This document shows positions 11,642 through 23,964 of a stretch of DNA of 64,000 nucleotides, piece by piece. The position numbers and the translations under genes are program-made. The notes beneath the pieces are model-generated. The model had not been told where the DNA came from. It did not search any database and worked only from the letters and a program-made list of their open reading frames with translations. This stretch comes from Christensenellales bacterium (GTDB taxonomy: Bacteria; Bacillota; Clostridia; Christensenellales; UBA1431): NCBI GenBank assembly GCA_040772545.1, contig JAXGXY010000001.1, positions 4,993 through 68,992 of the forward strand. The letters run 5' to 3'. Numbering within the stretch: the first letter of the stretch is position 1; each line of letters begins with the position of its first letter.

Positions 11642-12145
11642 ATGAGCAAGACGGTGTGTATTGTGTGCACGGGGAACACCTGCCGGAGCCCCATGGCGGA
11701 GGGGCTGCTCAGGAAGCTGCTCAGGGAAGCGGGCGCGGAGGGCGTCAAGGTGTTTTCGGCCGGGACACGGGCTGCGGACGGGCTGAACGCAGCATATGAA
11801 AGCCGGCAGGCGATGCGCGGGTACGGCGTGTCCCTGCGGGGGCACAGATCGGCCCAGCTCACCCGGGAAGCCATAAAGAGGGCGGACGTGATCCTGACGA
11901 TGGAGGCAAGGCACATTGCCGAGGTGCTGGCCCTCGACAGGACCGCCGCGGGCAAGACGCACACGCTGAAGGGGTTCGCCGCCGGCGTGCGCGGCATCCC
12001 CGGGGCAGACTGCGACGTGCGCGACCCTTACTCCTTGCCGCTGGACGCCTACCTCGCCTGCGCAAAGGAGATACTAGAGCATCTTAAACGCGCCCTGCCC
12101 TTGCTGCTAAAGGAACTGGGGATACCAAAGAAACCGGAGAAATAG
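11642..12145 (+). CDS. ywlE: low-molecular-weight protein arginine/tyrosine phosphatase (YwlE-like)
   Basis: Active-site loop CTGNTCRSPMAEG near the N-terminus. Conserved neighbour of ywlC and rpiB. Confidence 0.85.
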   Translation: MSKTVCIVCTGNTCRSPMAEGLLRKLLREAGAEGVKVFSAGTRAADGLNAAYESRQAMRGYGVSLRGHRSAQLTREAIKRADVILTMEARHIAEVLALDRTAAGKTHTLKGFAAGVRGIPGADCDVRDPYSLPLDAYLACAKEILEHLKRALPLLLKELGIPKKPEK

Positions 12146-12346
12146 GGAAACGCCCAGAGAGCTCAATGGGTTGACGCCGGGAGAAAGAGTGGGTTAAACT
12201 AGATAAGTGCGGTTTTTGGGTGAAGGAGCACCAAGCATTGTGAAAATTATGTCATACAATGCTATTGCATTGCTTGTTGATGCGTTTATAATTAACTACA
12301 GGGCAAAAAGGGGATATACCCCGTTTTCTGATGAAAGGGGAATACT

Positions 12347-12787
12347 ATGCGAATCGCATTGGGATCAGACCACGGTGGATTCGAACTCAAGCAGAACGTA
12401 ATGGCTCATTTGGAGAAGAAGCAGATCGAGTTCAAGGATTTCGGCTGTTATTCTTCTGATTCGGTGGACTATCCGGATCTGGCCGTGCCTGTCGCGAACG
12501 CAGTGCTCAGCGGTGACTATGATTTGGGCATCCTGATCTGCGGCACGGGCATCGGCATTTCCATTTCGGCCAACAAGATCAGAGGCATCCGCTGCGCCCT
12601 GTGTTCGGACACGTTTTCCGCGCACGCGACCCGCGAGCATAACGACGCGAACATCCTGGCCATGGGCGGCCGGGTGGTCGGTACGGGCGTCGCGCTCGAT
12701 ATCGTGGACGCGTTCCTCGGCGCCGCATTCGAAGGCGGACGCCACCAGCGCCGCATCGAAAAGATGATGGCGCTCGAAAACCTGTAA
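12347..12787 (+). CDS. rpiB: ribose-5-phosphate isomerase B
   Basis: MRIALGSDHGGFELK...ILICGTGIGISISANK is the canonical RpiB/LacAB sequence. Confidence 0.92.
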   Translation: MRIALGSDHGGFELKQNVMAHLEKKQIEFKDFGCYSSDSVDYPDLAVPVANAVLSGDYDLGILICGTGIGISISANKIRGIRCALCSDTFSAHATREHNDANILAMGGRVVGTGVALDIVDAFLGAAFEGGRHQRRIEKMMALENL

Positions 12788-12852
12788 AGCAAGCCGACGG
12801 ACAGACGCGCGCCGCTTGGCGCGTATACGATAAGCGCAGGGGGGAAGCGAGG

Positions 12853-13164
12853 TTGAACAGCGAAGTCATCAAGGCAGTGCGCGAAGCCGAGGGCAAAGCG
12901 AACGAGATACTGAAGAACGCGCGCGTCCGCGCGAAGGAGATCAACGCCGAAGCGATCGCCGGGGCGGAAGCGGCCGCGGCAGCTGTCCATGCAGAGACGC
13001 GCCGGAAGGTGCAGGCCCTGTATGAAACGGCGCGCGCGCAGGCGCGGGAGGATGTGGCTCGTTTCTTGGAAGCGAACCGCCAAGAGGGCGAGGCGCTCAA
13101 AGACGGCGCGAGGGCGCATCTGAACGAAGCGCGGGATTATATCATCGGAAGGATCGTGAAATAA
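12853..13164 (+). CDS. V/A-type ATPase small peripheral-stalk subunit (G/H-like)
   Basis: 103-aa Ala/Glu/Arg-rich coiled-coil ORF (TTG start) at the head of the V-ATPase operon. Confidence 0.5.
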   Translation: MNSEVIKAVREAEGKANEILKNARVRAKEINAEAIAGAEAAAAAVHAETRRKVQALYETARAQAREDVARFLEANRQEGEALKDGARAHLNEARDYIIGRIVK

Positions 13165-13166
13165 AC

Positions 13167-15612
<2,446 letters not shown>

Positions 15613-15639
15613 AAATCTGAGGTTTGGAGTAGCGATATA

Positions 15640-16233
15640 ATGAGCGGAGCCGATAAGATCATAGAAAAAATTTTAAGCGACGCCCGCAAGGCATCCGAGG
15701 ACATCATCGCAAAAGCCCAGGCGAACGCGGAAGCGCTGGTCGCCAGGGCCAAAGCGGATGCAGAGAAGGAAGCGGCGGCGCAGTTGGAAAAAAGCGAGAA
15801 GGAAGCGCAGGACATCAAACGCCGCATGATGTCGGTGGCAGAGCTCGACGGGCGCAAACACCTCCTCTCCTGCAAGCAGCAGGTGATCGAAGAAGCGTTC
15901 GAAGCGGCGAAGCAGGCCCTTGAGTCGCTGGAAACGGAGCCCTACAGGGCCCTTGTGAAGCGGCTCATCCTCGAAAACGCGCAGGGCGGTGACGAGATCC
16001 TGTGCGCCGGGAAGGACGCCGCCGTGTTTTCCGGGGATTTTATCGCGGCGGTAAACGAAGAACTCGGCGCGGCCCAGAGGGGGAGCGTGCGCCTATCGGA
16101 CGAGCGCGTCAACATTTCGGGCGGGTTCGTGCTGCGCAGCGAGACGATGGAGCGCAACTGTTCGTTCGAGGCGCTCCTTCGCATGGTGCGCGAGGAGGCG
16201 GAGCCCCGGGTGGCCGCCATACTCTTTGGGTAA
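15640..16233 (+). CDS. ntpE: V-type ATP synthase subunit E
   Basis: 197 aa with a long N-terminal Ala/Glu/Lys helix followed by a globular C-terminus. Operon order supports the call. Confidence 0.8.
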   Translation: MSGADKIIEKILSDARKASEDIIAKAQANAEALVARAKADAEKEAAAQLEKSEKEAQDIKRRMMSVAELDGRKHLLSCKQQVIEEAFEAAKQALESLETEPYRALVKRLILENAQGGDEILCAGKDAAVFSGDFIAAVNEELGAAQRGSVRLSDERVNISGGFVLRSETMERNCSFEALLRMVREEAEPRVAAILFG

Positions 16234-16245
16234 CGGAGGTAACAT

Positions 16246-17268
16246 ATGCCACAGGCCAGCTACATATATGCGAATGCGCGCGTGGGCGTGGCGCAGACCC
16301 GGCTGCTGACACCCGAACGCGTCGAGAGGATGACGGAGGCCAAAGACGCATCAGAGGCGCTCAAGGTCCTGCAGGAAGCGGGTTACGGCGGGAACAGGGA
16401 AGTGAAAAGCGCGTTCGATTTTCAGCAGCTGATCGACGACGAGCTGAAGAAGGCCTACGATTTTATTTACGAGATCACGCCGGACAAGGACCTGACGGAC
16501 CTTTTCCTCGTGCCGTTCGATTTCCATAACGTCAAGGCGCTGGTCAAGGGCCGGCTGCTTAGCGAGGAAGACGACGATACGCTGCTGTATCCGGTGGGGA
16601 CCGTCCCTTATGACCGCCTGAAGGCAGGGGTGCGCGACCGCGACTATAGATCGCTCCCCGGGCACCTGGCCGAATTGCTCGAAGCGCTGGACCAGATGCT
16701 GGCCGGCAGGGTGGATCCGCAGGCCCTGGACACTTTCGTGGACCGGGCCATGTACCGCTATATCATCGGCGTGCTCGATTCCCCGGACTTCGGGAAGCAC
16801 CTGAAAAACGCGCCGTTCGTATCCGAATACTACCGCGCGCAGTGCGACCTGGCCAACGTGATAACGTTCCTCAGGGCAAAAAAAGCCGGTTTGTCCCGCG
16901 AAGAATTCGCGGCGCTAATGATGCCGGAGCAGGACATCGGCAAAGCGCGGCTCCTCGAAGCGTTCGAACAGCCCCTAGAAACGGCGGCCCGGCATATCGG
17001 CGCGGATTCCCTGAACCCTTTGATTTCCCAGGGAATAGAAGAATACGTGAAGACCGGGTCGACGGCGCGGATGGAACGCCTGCGCGACGATTATCTGTTC
17101 GGGCTGGTAATGACGGGCAGGCACGATATATTCAAGATCGGGCCGGTGATCGGCTACCTGCTCGCGAGGGAACAGGAAGCGCGGGCCGTACGCCTTATTA
17201 TGACCGCGAAGCTCAACCACATCCCGGGCGATGTGGTCCGGGAAAGGTTGCGTGAACTCTATGTCTAA
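16246..17268 (+). CDS. ntpC: V-type ATP synthase subunit C (d-type)
   Basis: 340 aa. Operon position and size fit. Confidence 0.75.
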   Translation: MPQASYIYANARVGVAQTRLLTPERVERMTEAKDASEALKVLQEAGYGGNREVKSAFDFQQLIDDELKKAYDFIYEITPDKDLTDLFLVPFDFHNVKALVKGRLLSEEDDDTLLYPVGTVPYDRLKAGVRDRDYRSLPGHLAELLEALDQMLAGRVDPQALDTFVDRAMYRYIIGVLDSPDFGKHLKNAPFVSEYYRAQCDLANVITFLRAKKAGLSREEFAALMMPEQDIGKARLLEAFEQPLETAARHIGADSLNPLISQGIEEYVKTGSTARMERLRDDYLFGLVMTGRHDIFKIGPVIGYLLAREQEARAVRLIMTAKLNHIPGDVVRERLRELYV

Positions 17269-17581
17269 AGTTGCTGTGATCGGAGACAGGGACTCCATAC
17301 TGGGATTCAAGGCGATAGGCCTTTCGGTATACCCCGTTACGGACCCCGACAAGGCGGTCGGCATCATACACCGGCTGGCCAGGGACGGCTGCAGCGTGAT
17401 CTTCATCACCGAGCAGGTGGCCGAACGGGTGAAGGAGACCATCGACAGATACAAGACGGCGCCGTACCCGGCGATCATCCCGATCCCCAACAACGAGGGG
17501 ACGACGGGCTTCGGCCTTCGGGGCGTGCGGGCCAACGTGGAAAAGGCCATCGGCGCCGACATCATATTCAGGGGACAGTAA
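17261..17581 (+). CDS. V-type ATP synthase subunit F
   Basis: MSKVAVIGDRDSILGFKAIGL is the typical subunit F N-terminus. The ATG at 17261 overlaps the end of the subunit C gene. Confidence 0.8.
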   Translation: MSKVAVIGDRDSILGFKAIGLSVYPVTDPDKAVGIIHRLARDGCSVIFITEQVAERVKETIDRYKTAPYPAIIPIPNNEGTTGFGLRGVRANVEKAIGADIIFRGQ

Positions 17582-17650
17582 CCGGTCCCGGCCGGACGTG
17601 CGGGCGGGAACGGACCAATAAGTTTGTGCAGGAAAGAGGTTAGATGCGTC

Positions 17651-19420
17651 ATGCAGGGTACGATAGTCAAGGTATCCGGGCCACTGATCGTAGCGAGCGG
17701 CATGAAGGAGAGCAAGATCTACGACGTGGTCAGGGTGAGCGATAAGCGCCTTATCGGCGAGATCATAGAATTGCGGGGCGACATGGCGTCCATCCAGGTA
17801 TACGAGGAAACGGCGGGCCTGGGCCCCGGTGAACCGGTCGAGACCACGGGTGTGCCGCTGTCGGTGGAACTGGCCCCCGGCCTGATCGAATCGATCTTCG
17901 ACGGCATCCAGCGCCCCCTGGACGTGATACGCGAACGGGTGGGCGACCGCATCACCCGCGGCGTCGAAGTCAGTGCGCTGGACCACGGGAAGAAGTGGGA
18001 CTTCAAGCCTGTCGCCAACATCGGCGCCGAGGTCGTGGGGGGAGACGTGCTGGGTACCGTGCAGGAATCGGTGGTCGTGGAGCACAGGGTCATGGTTCCG
18101 CCCGGCCTGTCGGGACGCCTGACCTGGATCCATGCCGGCGAAGCCACTATCGACGACCCCATAGCGAAGCTGGTGGACGGAAACGGCGAAGAGCACGTCA
18201 TCACGATGCTCCAGCGCTGGCCGGTGCGAATCGCCCGCCCGTACAAGGATAAGCTCGCCCCCACCGAACCGATGATTACCGGACAGCGCGTCATCGACAC
18301 GCTCTTCCCGGTGGCCAAAGGCGGCGTCGCGGCCGTGCCGGGGCCGTTCGGGTCGGGGAAGACGGTCGTGCAGCACCAGCTCGCGAAATGGGCGGACGCG
18401 GAAATCATCGTGTACGTCGGCTGCGGCGAACGCGGCAACGAGATGACCGACGTGCTCATGGAGTTCCCCGAACTTAGCGACCCGCGCACCGGAGAGCCGC
18501 TGATGAAGCGCACGGTGCTGATCGCAAACACGTCCGACATGCCGGTCGCGGCGCGCGAAGCCTCGATCTATACCGGGATCACCATCGCCGAATACTATCG
18601 CGACATGGGCTATAAGGTCGCTATCATGGCCGACTCCACTTCCCGCTGGGCCGAGGCCCTGCGCGAGATGTCCGGGCGCCTCGAGGAGATGCCGGGCGAG
18701 GAGGGTTACCCCGCCTATCTTTCCAGCCGCATGGCCGACTTCTACGAGCGCGCGGGGTGGGTCGTCTGCATGGGCGCCGACGACCGCCAGGGCGCGATCT
18801 CGGCGATCGGGGCCGTTTCACCGCCGGGCGGCGACATCTCCGAGCCGGTGTCGCAGGCTACGCTCAGGATCGTGAAGGTTTTCTGGGGCCTCAGCGCGCA
18901 GCTTGCCTACAGGCGGCATTTCCCCGCGATCGACTGGCTGTTGAGCTACTCCCTGTACACGCAGAGGCTGTCGGACTGGTTCGGGGAGAACGTGTCCGAC
19001 GACTGGAACGCGATGCGGGATGCGACGATGGCGCTTTTGCAGGAAGAGTCGGAGCTGGAGGAGATCGTACGCCTGGTAGGGCAGGACGCGCTGAGCGTCA
19101 GGGACAGGATGACGCTCGAAGCCGCGCGTTCGGTCCGCGAGGACTATCTGCACCAGAACGCCTTTCACGAGGTGGACACGTATTCGTCGCCGGCGAAGCA
19201 GCGCATGATGCTCAGGCTCATCCTGGATTACAGCAACAAGGCGCAGCAGGCCCTCGAGAACGGGGCGGAGTATTCGAAGGTCATCAGCCTTCCGGTGCGC
19301 GAAGCGATCGGCCGGATCAAGTACACGCCTGAGGAACAGATGGCGGACCGCTTCGACGAAGTGTCCCGGCAGCTCGAAAGCGAGATCAATTCGCTGATGG
19401 CGCAAGGAGGATTGGAATAA
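17651..19420 (+). CDS. ntpA: V-type ATP synthase catalytic subunit A
   Basis: Walker [10 protein letters not shown]. About 590 aa with the non-homologous insert typical of A subunits. Confidence 0.95.
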   Translation: MQGTIVKVSGPLIVASGMKESKIYDVVRVSDKRLIGEIIELRGDMASIQVYEETAGLGPGEPVETTGVPLSVELAPGLIESIFDGIQRPLDVIRERVGDRITRGVEVSALDHGKKWDFKPVANIGAEVVGGDVLGTVQESVVVEHRVMVPPGLSGRLTWIHAGEATIDDPIAKLVDGNGEEHVITMLQRWPVRIARPYKDKLAPTEPMITGQRVIDTLFPVAKGGVAAVPGPFGSGKTVVQHQLAKWADAEIIVYVGCGERGNEMTDVLMEFPELSDPRTGEPLMKRTVLIANTSDMPVAAREASIYTGITIAEYYRDMGYKVAIMADSTSRWAEALREMSGRLEEMPGEEGYPAYLSSRMADFYERAGWVVCMGADDRQGAISAIGAVSPPGGDISEPVSQATLRIVKVFWGLSAQLAYRRHFPAIDWLLSYSLYTQRLSDWFGENVSDDWNAMRDATMALLQEESELEEIVRLVGQDALSVRDRMTLEAARSVREDYLHQNAFHEVDTYSSPAKQRMMLRLILDYSNKAQQALENGAEYSKVISLPVREAIGRIKYTPEEQMADRFDEVSRQLESEINSLMAQGGLE

Positions 19421-20805
19421 TGCTGAAGGAATACCGCACCATCAAGGAAAGCGTCGGGCCGCTGATGCTCGTGGAAAAGGTGGAAGGCGTCAAATACAAC
19501 GAACTGGTGGAGGTAGAACAGGAAGGCGGCGAGGTCCGCCTCGGCCGCGTGCTGGAGATTTCGGCCGACAAAGCGCTGGTCCAGCTCTTCCAGAGCGCCC
19601 AGGGCCTCAAGATCAGTTCGGCCAAGGCGAGGTTTCTGGGAAAGGGCCAGGAACTCGCCGTTTCGCTGGACATGCTCGGCCGCGTTTTCAATGGCATGGG
19701 CGAGCCCAGGGACGGCGGCGCGCCCATCATCCCCGAAAAAAGGCTGGACATCAACGGCGCGCCCATCAACCCGGCGGCGCGCGACTACCCTTCCGAGTTC
19801 ATACAGACCGGTATATCGGCGATCGACGGCCTGAACACGCTGGTACGCGGACAGAAACTGCCCGTGTTCTCCGGCTCCGGCCTGCCCCACGCGCAGCTCG
19901 CGGCGCAGATCGCGCGGCAGTCCAAGGTGCTGGGGTCCGACGAAAAATTCGCGGTCGTGTTTGCTGCGGTCGGGATCACGTTCGAGGAAGCGGATTTCTT
20001 CATCAGCGACTTCAGGCGCACGGGCGCGATCGAACGCACCGTCCTTTTCATCAACCTGGCCAACGAGCCGGCCGTCGAGCGTATCGCGACGCCGCGCATG
20101 GCGCTCACCGCGGCCGAGTATCTCGCGTACGAGAAAGACATGCACGTGCTGGTCATCATCACCGACATAACCAACTACGCCGAAGCGCTGCGCGAGGTTT
20201 CCGCCGCGCGCAAGGAAGTGCCGGGACGCAGGGGCTACCCGGGGTACCTCTACACCGACCTCGCGACGATGTACGAGCGGGCGGGCAGGATCAAGGGCCG
20301 TACGGGCTCGATCACGCAGATCCCTATTCTGACCATGCCCGAGGACGACAAGACCCACCCTATCCCCGACCTGACGGGGTACATCACAGAGGGGCAGATC
20401 ATTCTCTCGCGCGAACTCCACAGGAAGGCTGTCACGCCGCCTATCGACGTGCTCCCGTCGCTTTCGCGCCTCAAGGACAAGGGCATCGGCAAAGGCAAGA
20501 CCCGCGAAGACCACGCGGACACGATGAACCAGCTCTTCGCCGCGTACGCGCGCGGGAAGGAGGCCAAGGAACTCTCGGTAATCCTGGGCGAAGCGGCGCT
20601 TTCCGACGTGGACAAACTTTTTGCGAAGTTCTCGGACGCCTTCGAGGCCCGGTACGTTTCGCAGGGCTATGAAACCAACCGCACGATAGAGGAAACGCTC
20701 GACCTTGGCTGGGAACTGCTGGCGATCCTGCCCAAGGCTGAACTCAAGCGCATCCGCGACGAGTTCATCGACAAATACCTGCCCGAAGCCGAAGGGGATG
20801 AGTGA
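19420..20805 (+). CDS. ntpB: V-type ATP synthase subunit B
   Basis: 461 aa with conserved B-subunit blocks ([19 protein letters not shown]). Its ATG overlaps the stop of the A gene. Confidence 0.95.
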   Translation: MLKEYRTIKESVGPLMLVEKVEGVKYNELVEVEQEGGEVRLGRVLEISADKALVQLFQSAQGLKISSAKARFLGKGQELAVSLDMLGRVFNGMGEPRDGGAPIIPEKRLDINGAPINPAARDYPSEFIQTGISAIDGLNTLVRGQKLPVFSGSGLPHAQLAAQIARQSKVLGSDEKFAVVFAAVGITFEEADFFISDFRRTGAIERTVLFINLANEPAVERIATPRMALTAAEYLAYEKDMHVLVIITDITNYAEALREVSAARKEVPGRRGYPGYLYTDLATMYERAGRIKGRTGSITQIPILTMPEDDKTHPIPDLTGYITEGQIILSRELHRKAVTPPIDVLPSLSRLKDKGIGKGKTREDHADTMNQLFAAYARGKEAKELSVILGEAALSDVDKLFAKFSDAFEARYVSQGYETNRTIEETLDLGWELLAILPKAELKRIRDEFIDKYLPEAEGDE

Positions 20806-20807
20806 CG

Positions 20808-21449
20808 ATGCCCATTCAGGTCAACCCGACGCGCATGGAGCTCACCCGCGTCAAAAAACGCCGGAAGGTGGCGGTGCGCGGGCATAAGCTGCTCAAAGAC
20901 AAGCGCGACGAGATGGTCCGCCGGTTTATCACGCTGATCCGCAGGAACAAGGAACTGCGCGAAAAGATCGAGGACGAACTCGCGCGCGCGCTCAAAGGCT
21001 TCGTCGTGGCGCGGGCGGTGATGAGCGAACAGGGCCTTATTGAGGCGGTGCAGTACCCGGCGCGGGAAGTCCGGTTGAAGCTCGGGACGCGCAACATCAT
21101 GAGCGTGGACGTGCCGGTCATCAGCATCGGGGAAGAAGAGGAAGCCTCCGCGGCGAGCCGGTACCCCTACAGTTTCGCGACCACGTCGGGCGAACTGGAC
21201 GAGGCTATCGCGACGCTTGTGGACCTTCTCCCAAAACTGATTGAACTTGCCGAGATAGAGAAGACGTGCAACATGCTCGCCGACGAGATCGAGAAGACCC
21301 GCCGCCGCGTGAACGCGCTCGAGTACGTGATGATCCCGCAGTTCGAGGAGACGATACGCGACATCACGATGAAGCTCGAGGAAAACGAGCGCGGCAGCCT
21401 GACCCGGCTGATGAAGATGAAAGACATCCTCGCCGGGCGCGAAGCGTGA
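20808..21449 (+). CDS. ntpD: V-type ATP synthase subunit D
   Basis: VNPTRMELTRVKKR...RGHKLLKDKRDE is the typical D-subunit N-terminus. GTG 20802 is an alternative start. Confidence 0.85.
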   Translation: MPIQVNPTRMELTRVKKRRKVAVRGHKLLKDKRDEMVRRFITLIRRNKELREKIEDELARALKGFVVARAVMSEQGLIEAVQYPAREVRLKLGTRNIMSVDVPVISIGEEEEASAASRYPYSFATTSGELDEAIATLVDLLPKLIELAEIEKTCNMLADEIEKTRRRVNALEYVMIPQFEETIRDITMKLEENERGSLTRLMKMKDILAGREA

Positions 21450-21453
21450 CAGC

Positions 21454-21482
21454 TTGCAATTTCCCCCCAAAGAGTGTATAAT
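21454..21482 (+). promoter_or_regulatory. sigma-A-type promoter of the SRP RNA (TTGCAA, 17-nt spacer, TATAAT)
   Basis: Consensus-like hexamers end 6 nt before the first conserved SRP RNA nucleotides. Confidence 0.6.
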
Positions 21483-21488
21483 TTCGTT

Positions 21489-21758
21489 GCCGTGCTACAC
21501 GGGGAGTCAGCGGTGCCCTGTAACCCGCAATCCGCTATAGCGGGGTGGAAAGCCCGTACCTGAGGCCTGCCGAGGCAGCCGTGCGCCGGTGGAAGGCGTT
21601 GAAGGGCCGGGTCCCGTGCAACGTGAATCCGTGAACCATGTCAGGTCCTGACGGAAGCAGCATTAAGCGGGCGTTCGCGTGTGCCGCGGGGCAACCTGGC
21701 CCGAGCCGTTTCATCGGAATGCTGGCGGCCGGCCGGGGGACGAAGACGGGTGCACGGC
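21489..21758 (+). ncRNA. ffs: signal recognition particle RNA, long (Bacillus/Clostridium) form with Alu domain
   Basis: The 5' GCCGTGCTACACGGGGAGTCAGCGGTGCCCTGTAACCCGCAATCCGC stretch matches the B. subtilis scRNA Alu domain. Conserved domain IV is present (CCATGTCAGGTCCTGACGGAAGCAGCATTAAG...GTGCCGCGGGG). The 3' GCACGGC pairs with the 5' GCCGTGC. End positions are good to about +/-5 nt. Confidence 0.9.
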
Positions 21759-21765
21759 TTTTATG

Positions 21766-21796
21766 CGAAGACAAACCTTAAATGGGTTTGTCTTCG
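21766..21796. terminator. bidirectional terminator hairpin between the SRP RNA and the convergent queG-like gene
   Basis: 12-bp stem CGAAGACAAACC/GGTTTGTCTTCG with a 7-nt loop, followed by GTTTGTT. Confidence 0.7.
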
Positions 21797-21828
21797 GTTT
21801 GTTATACGGTGTTTCGTTGCGAGCCGTT

Positions 21829-22785
21829 TTAACCCAGCCGCTCAAGGGCCCAGGCGGCCAGTTCCGCCGTGACCGGGTCTTCGTCTTTCGTCAGGGCTTG
21901 TACCGCGCGCCGGTGTTCCGCAAGGCCCTGGTTGGCTGTTAGTATGAGCGCCTGGTTGGTCAGGCGGTTGGCGCGAAGAAGGTTGTTCCCCACCAGAGTC
22001 CCGATACGCTTTTTTTGCGCCGGATCGCGCTTCAATATGGCGCCGAGTTCGAAGGCGGACACGACGTCTGCGGAGGCCGGCACCGGCGAAACGAAAGCCC
22101 GGTTGAGGGGGCAGGCGTTCTGGCAGGCTTCGCAGCCCAGGAGCGAAGTCATCTTCCCGCGTGAATCCTCGGGGAACGCGTTGATTTGGTACTGGTGGCG
22201 CAGGCACCGCCGGTAATCCCACGTCCCATCCCCGGCGAGCGCTTTTGTCGGGCAGGCTCTCGCGCACGCGCCGCAGCCGGTGCAGAGCGCGGGTCCGGGA
22301 TCGGGCGCTTCGGCGTCGAACGCGTCGGTGAGGATCAGCGAAATGTGCGAATAACTCCCCAGCCCCGGCGTGACGAGCAGCTGGTGATAACCCCTCTGGC
22401 CGGCGCCGGCCAGGATGGCGGCGGCGCGGTGGGGGAGCCTGGCTGGGGCGAGCGCCTCTTGGCCGGTGGTTTCCTCTATGAACGAAGCGACGGCCCGTAC
22501 CTTCGCGCGGGCCTGCTGCGAGAGCAGGTAGTAGGCTGGTATATGGCCGTACCCGCGGGGGAAGGCGGAAAACGGGCGGTATCCCGAGATGAGCACGACA
22601 ACGGCCGTGACGGACGGCAGGAACAAGAAAGGGTCGGCCGAAAGCCTTTTCGCGCGGTGGTCCGCTCCTACGGCTTCCATTGCCGACTGCCAGCCGGTAA
22701 ACTGCCGGGGGGGCATTGCATAAACCCGGTCGAATCCCTGCCCAAGCGCATGCTCCCGTATTTCATCAAAGCGTATCCCGGCCAT
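21829..22785 (-). CDS. QueG-like 4Fe-4S protein (epoxyqueuosine reductase family)
   Basis: Two ferredoxin-type clusters (CTGCGACARACP and CEACQNACP) and a C-terminal HEAT-like repeat (DPVTAELAAWALERLG). Confidence 0.55.
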   Translation of the reverse strand: MAGIRFDEIREHALGQGFDRVYAMPPRQFTGWQSAMEAVGADHRAKRLSADPFLFLPSVTAVVVLISGYRPFSAFPRGYGHIPAYYLLSQQARAKVRAVASFIEETTGQEALAPARLPHRAAAILAGAGQRGYHQLLVTPGLGSYSHISLILTDAFDAEAPDPGPALCTGCGACARACPTKALAGDGTWDYRRCLRHQYQINAFPEDSRGKMTSLLGCEACQNACPLNRAFVSPVPASADVVSAFELGAILKRDPAQKKRIGTLVGNNLLRANRLTNQALILTANQGLAEHRRAVQALTKDEDPVTAELAAWALERLG

Positions 22786-22974
22786 TACGTCCCCCCGTTT
22801 CCAGATAACAATAGCATAGCCTAACAGGCAAACGTTAGCAACACCTTGGGCAAAGCCGAGGGACCCGGCGCATCAAATTGCCTTTATTTCGCAACGGCGC
22901 GGCGTTTACAAAGGCAATGGCGGCTGATAGAATATAGTAACGAGCAGGAAGAGGAGAGACTGAGCTTGCCGGGA

Positions 22975-23964
22975 ATGTACGCGCACCATGCTTTCGGGCT
23001 GCGTGCGCTGAAAGCTTCGGGCGCACAGGCGGAGCCGATGCCGGGCGCGCAGAGGGAGGCGTTTTTGCTGGGATGCCAGGGCCCTGACTTTTGCTATTAT
23101 CATTTGATACGCCCCGGTGCGAAAGCCGACTGGGTGGGCCTTGCAAGGACCCTGCACAGCCGGGAGATCGGGCAAATGATGCAAGAAGGCCTCACACTGG
23201 CCGGAAACGGAAACGACCGATCGGTGCGCGCGTATTTTCTCGGCTACCTTACCCACTATGCGCTGGACGCGTATGCACATCCCTACGTTTTTTACCACTG
23301 CTACAAGAAGAAATACCACCTGCGGTTCGAAGCGGCGATCGACGCGAAACTGATGGAGCGCGACGGATTCAATCCGTCTCGTTCGCCGCTCTACAGGCTT
23401 GTCGGCAAGGTGGATGCTAAGCAGAAAGAAGCGATAGCGGCGTTCTGGCAAGTACTGCTCAAAAAGGGGTACAATATAAATGTTGCCAAAAGCGACATTA
23501 AAAAAGTGCTTACCGCGATGCGCAGGGCTTTCAGGCTGACCGTCAGCCGTTTCGGGATCAAAAAGCGCGTGCTTGAGTTGGCCGCAGGCCACTGGGGCCT
23601 GAAAGACGATTTGCGGGCGCTGTTTTACACCGAATCACAGGTAACGGACGGTGATTGTCTGAACGAAGGAAGGCGGACGTGGTCGCTTCCCTGGGACAAG
23701 GACCAGAGGCGGGACCTTTCGTACCCGATGATCGAGGAGCAGGCGCTGCGCTTTGCCGCCGGGTGCCTAGAAGCCGCGATAGCGTACTGGGGAGGGACCG
23801 GGACGCTTGCGGGGGCGCTTGAGCGTATCGGGAGGATGTCGATGCTCACCGGGGAGGACTGGCGCATGGAACATGAAACCTATTTAAACGTGTCCCGAAG
23901 GTTCTTTGCGGGTGGGTCGCCCGGCCAGGACGGAGAGGAGACAAATGCGCTATGGCAGCAGTAA
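22975..23964 (+). CDS. zinc-dependent phospholipase C-like family protein
   Basis: MYAHHAFG..., GCQGPDFCYYH and HYALDAYAHPYV His/Asp-rich motifs. The maximal ORF starts at 22846; ATG 22975 is the likely start. Confidence 0.5.
   Translation: MYAHHAFGLRALKASGAQAEPMPGAQREAFLLGCQGPDFCYYHLIRPGAKADWVGLARTLHSREIGQMMQEGLTLAGNGNDRSVRAYFLGYLTHYALDAYAHPYVFYHCYKKKYHLRFEAAIDAKLMERDGFNPSRSPLYRLVGKVDAKQKEAIAAFWQVLLKKGYNINVAKSDIKKVLTAMRRAFRLTVSRFGIKKRVLELAAGHWGLKDDLRALFYTESQVTDGDCLNEGRRTWSLPWDKDQRRDLSYPMIEEQALRFAAGCLEAAIAYWGGTGTLAGALERIGRMSMLTGEDWRMEHETYLNVSRRFFAGGSPGQDGEETNALWQQ

Noticed and set aside
17213-21470. Series of long minus-strand ORFs (387, 273, 428 and 267 aa) across the V-ATPase A/B/D genes
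   Set aside because: They are antisense shadows. The plus-strand products are unmistakable ATPase subunits.
21535-21942. Three small ORFs between the V-ATPase operon and the queG-like gene
   Set aside because: The region is the SRP RNA and its terminator, and the ORFs are incidental.
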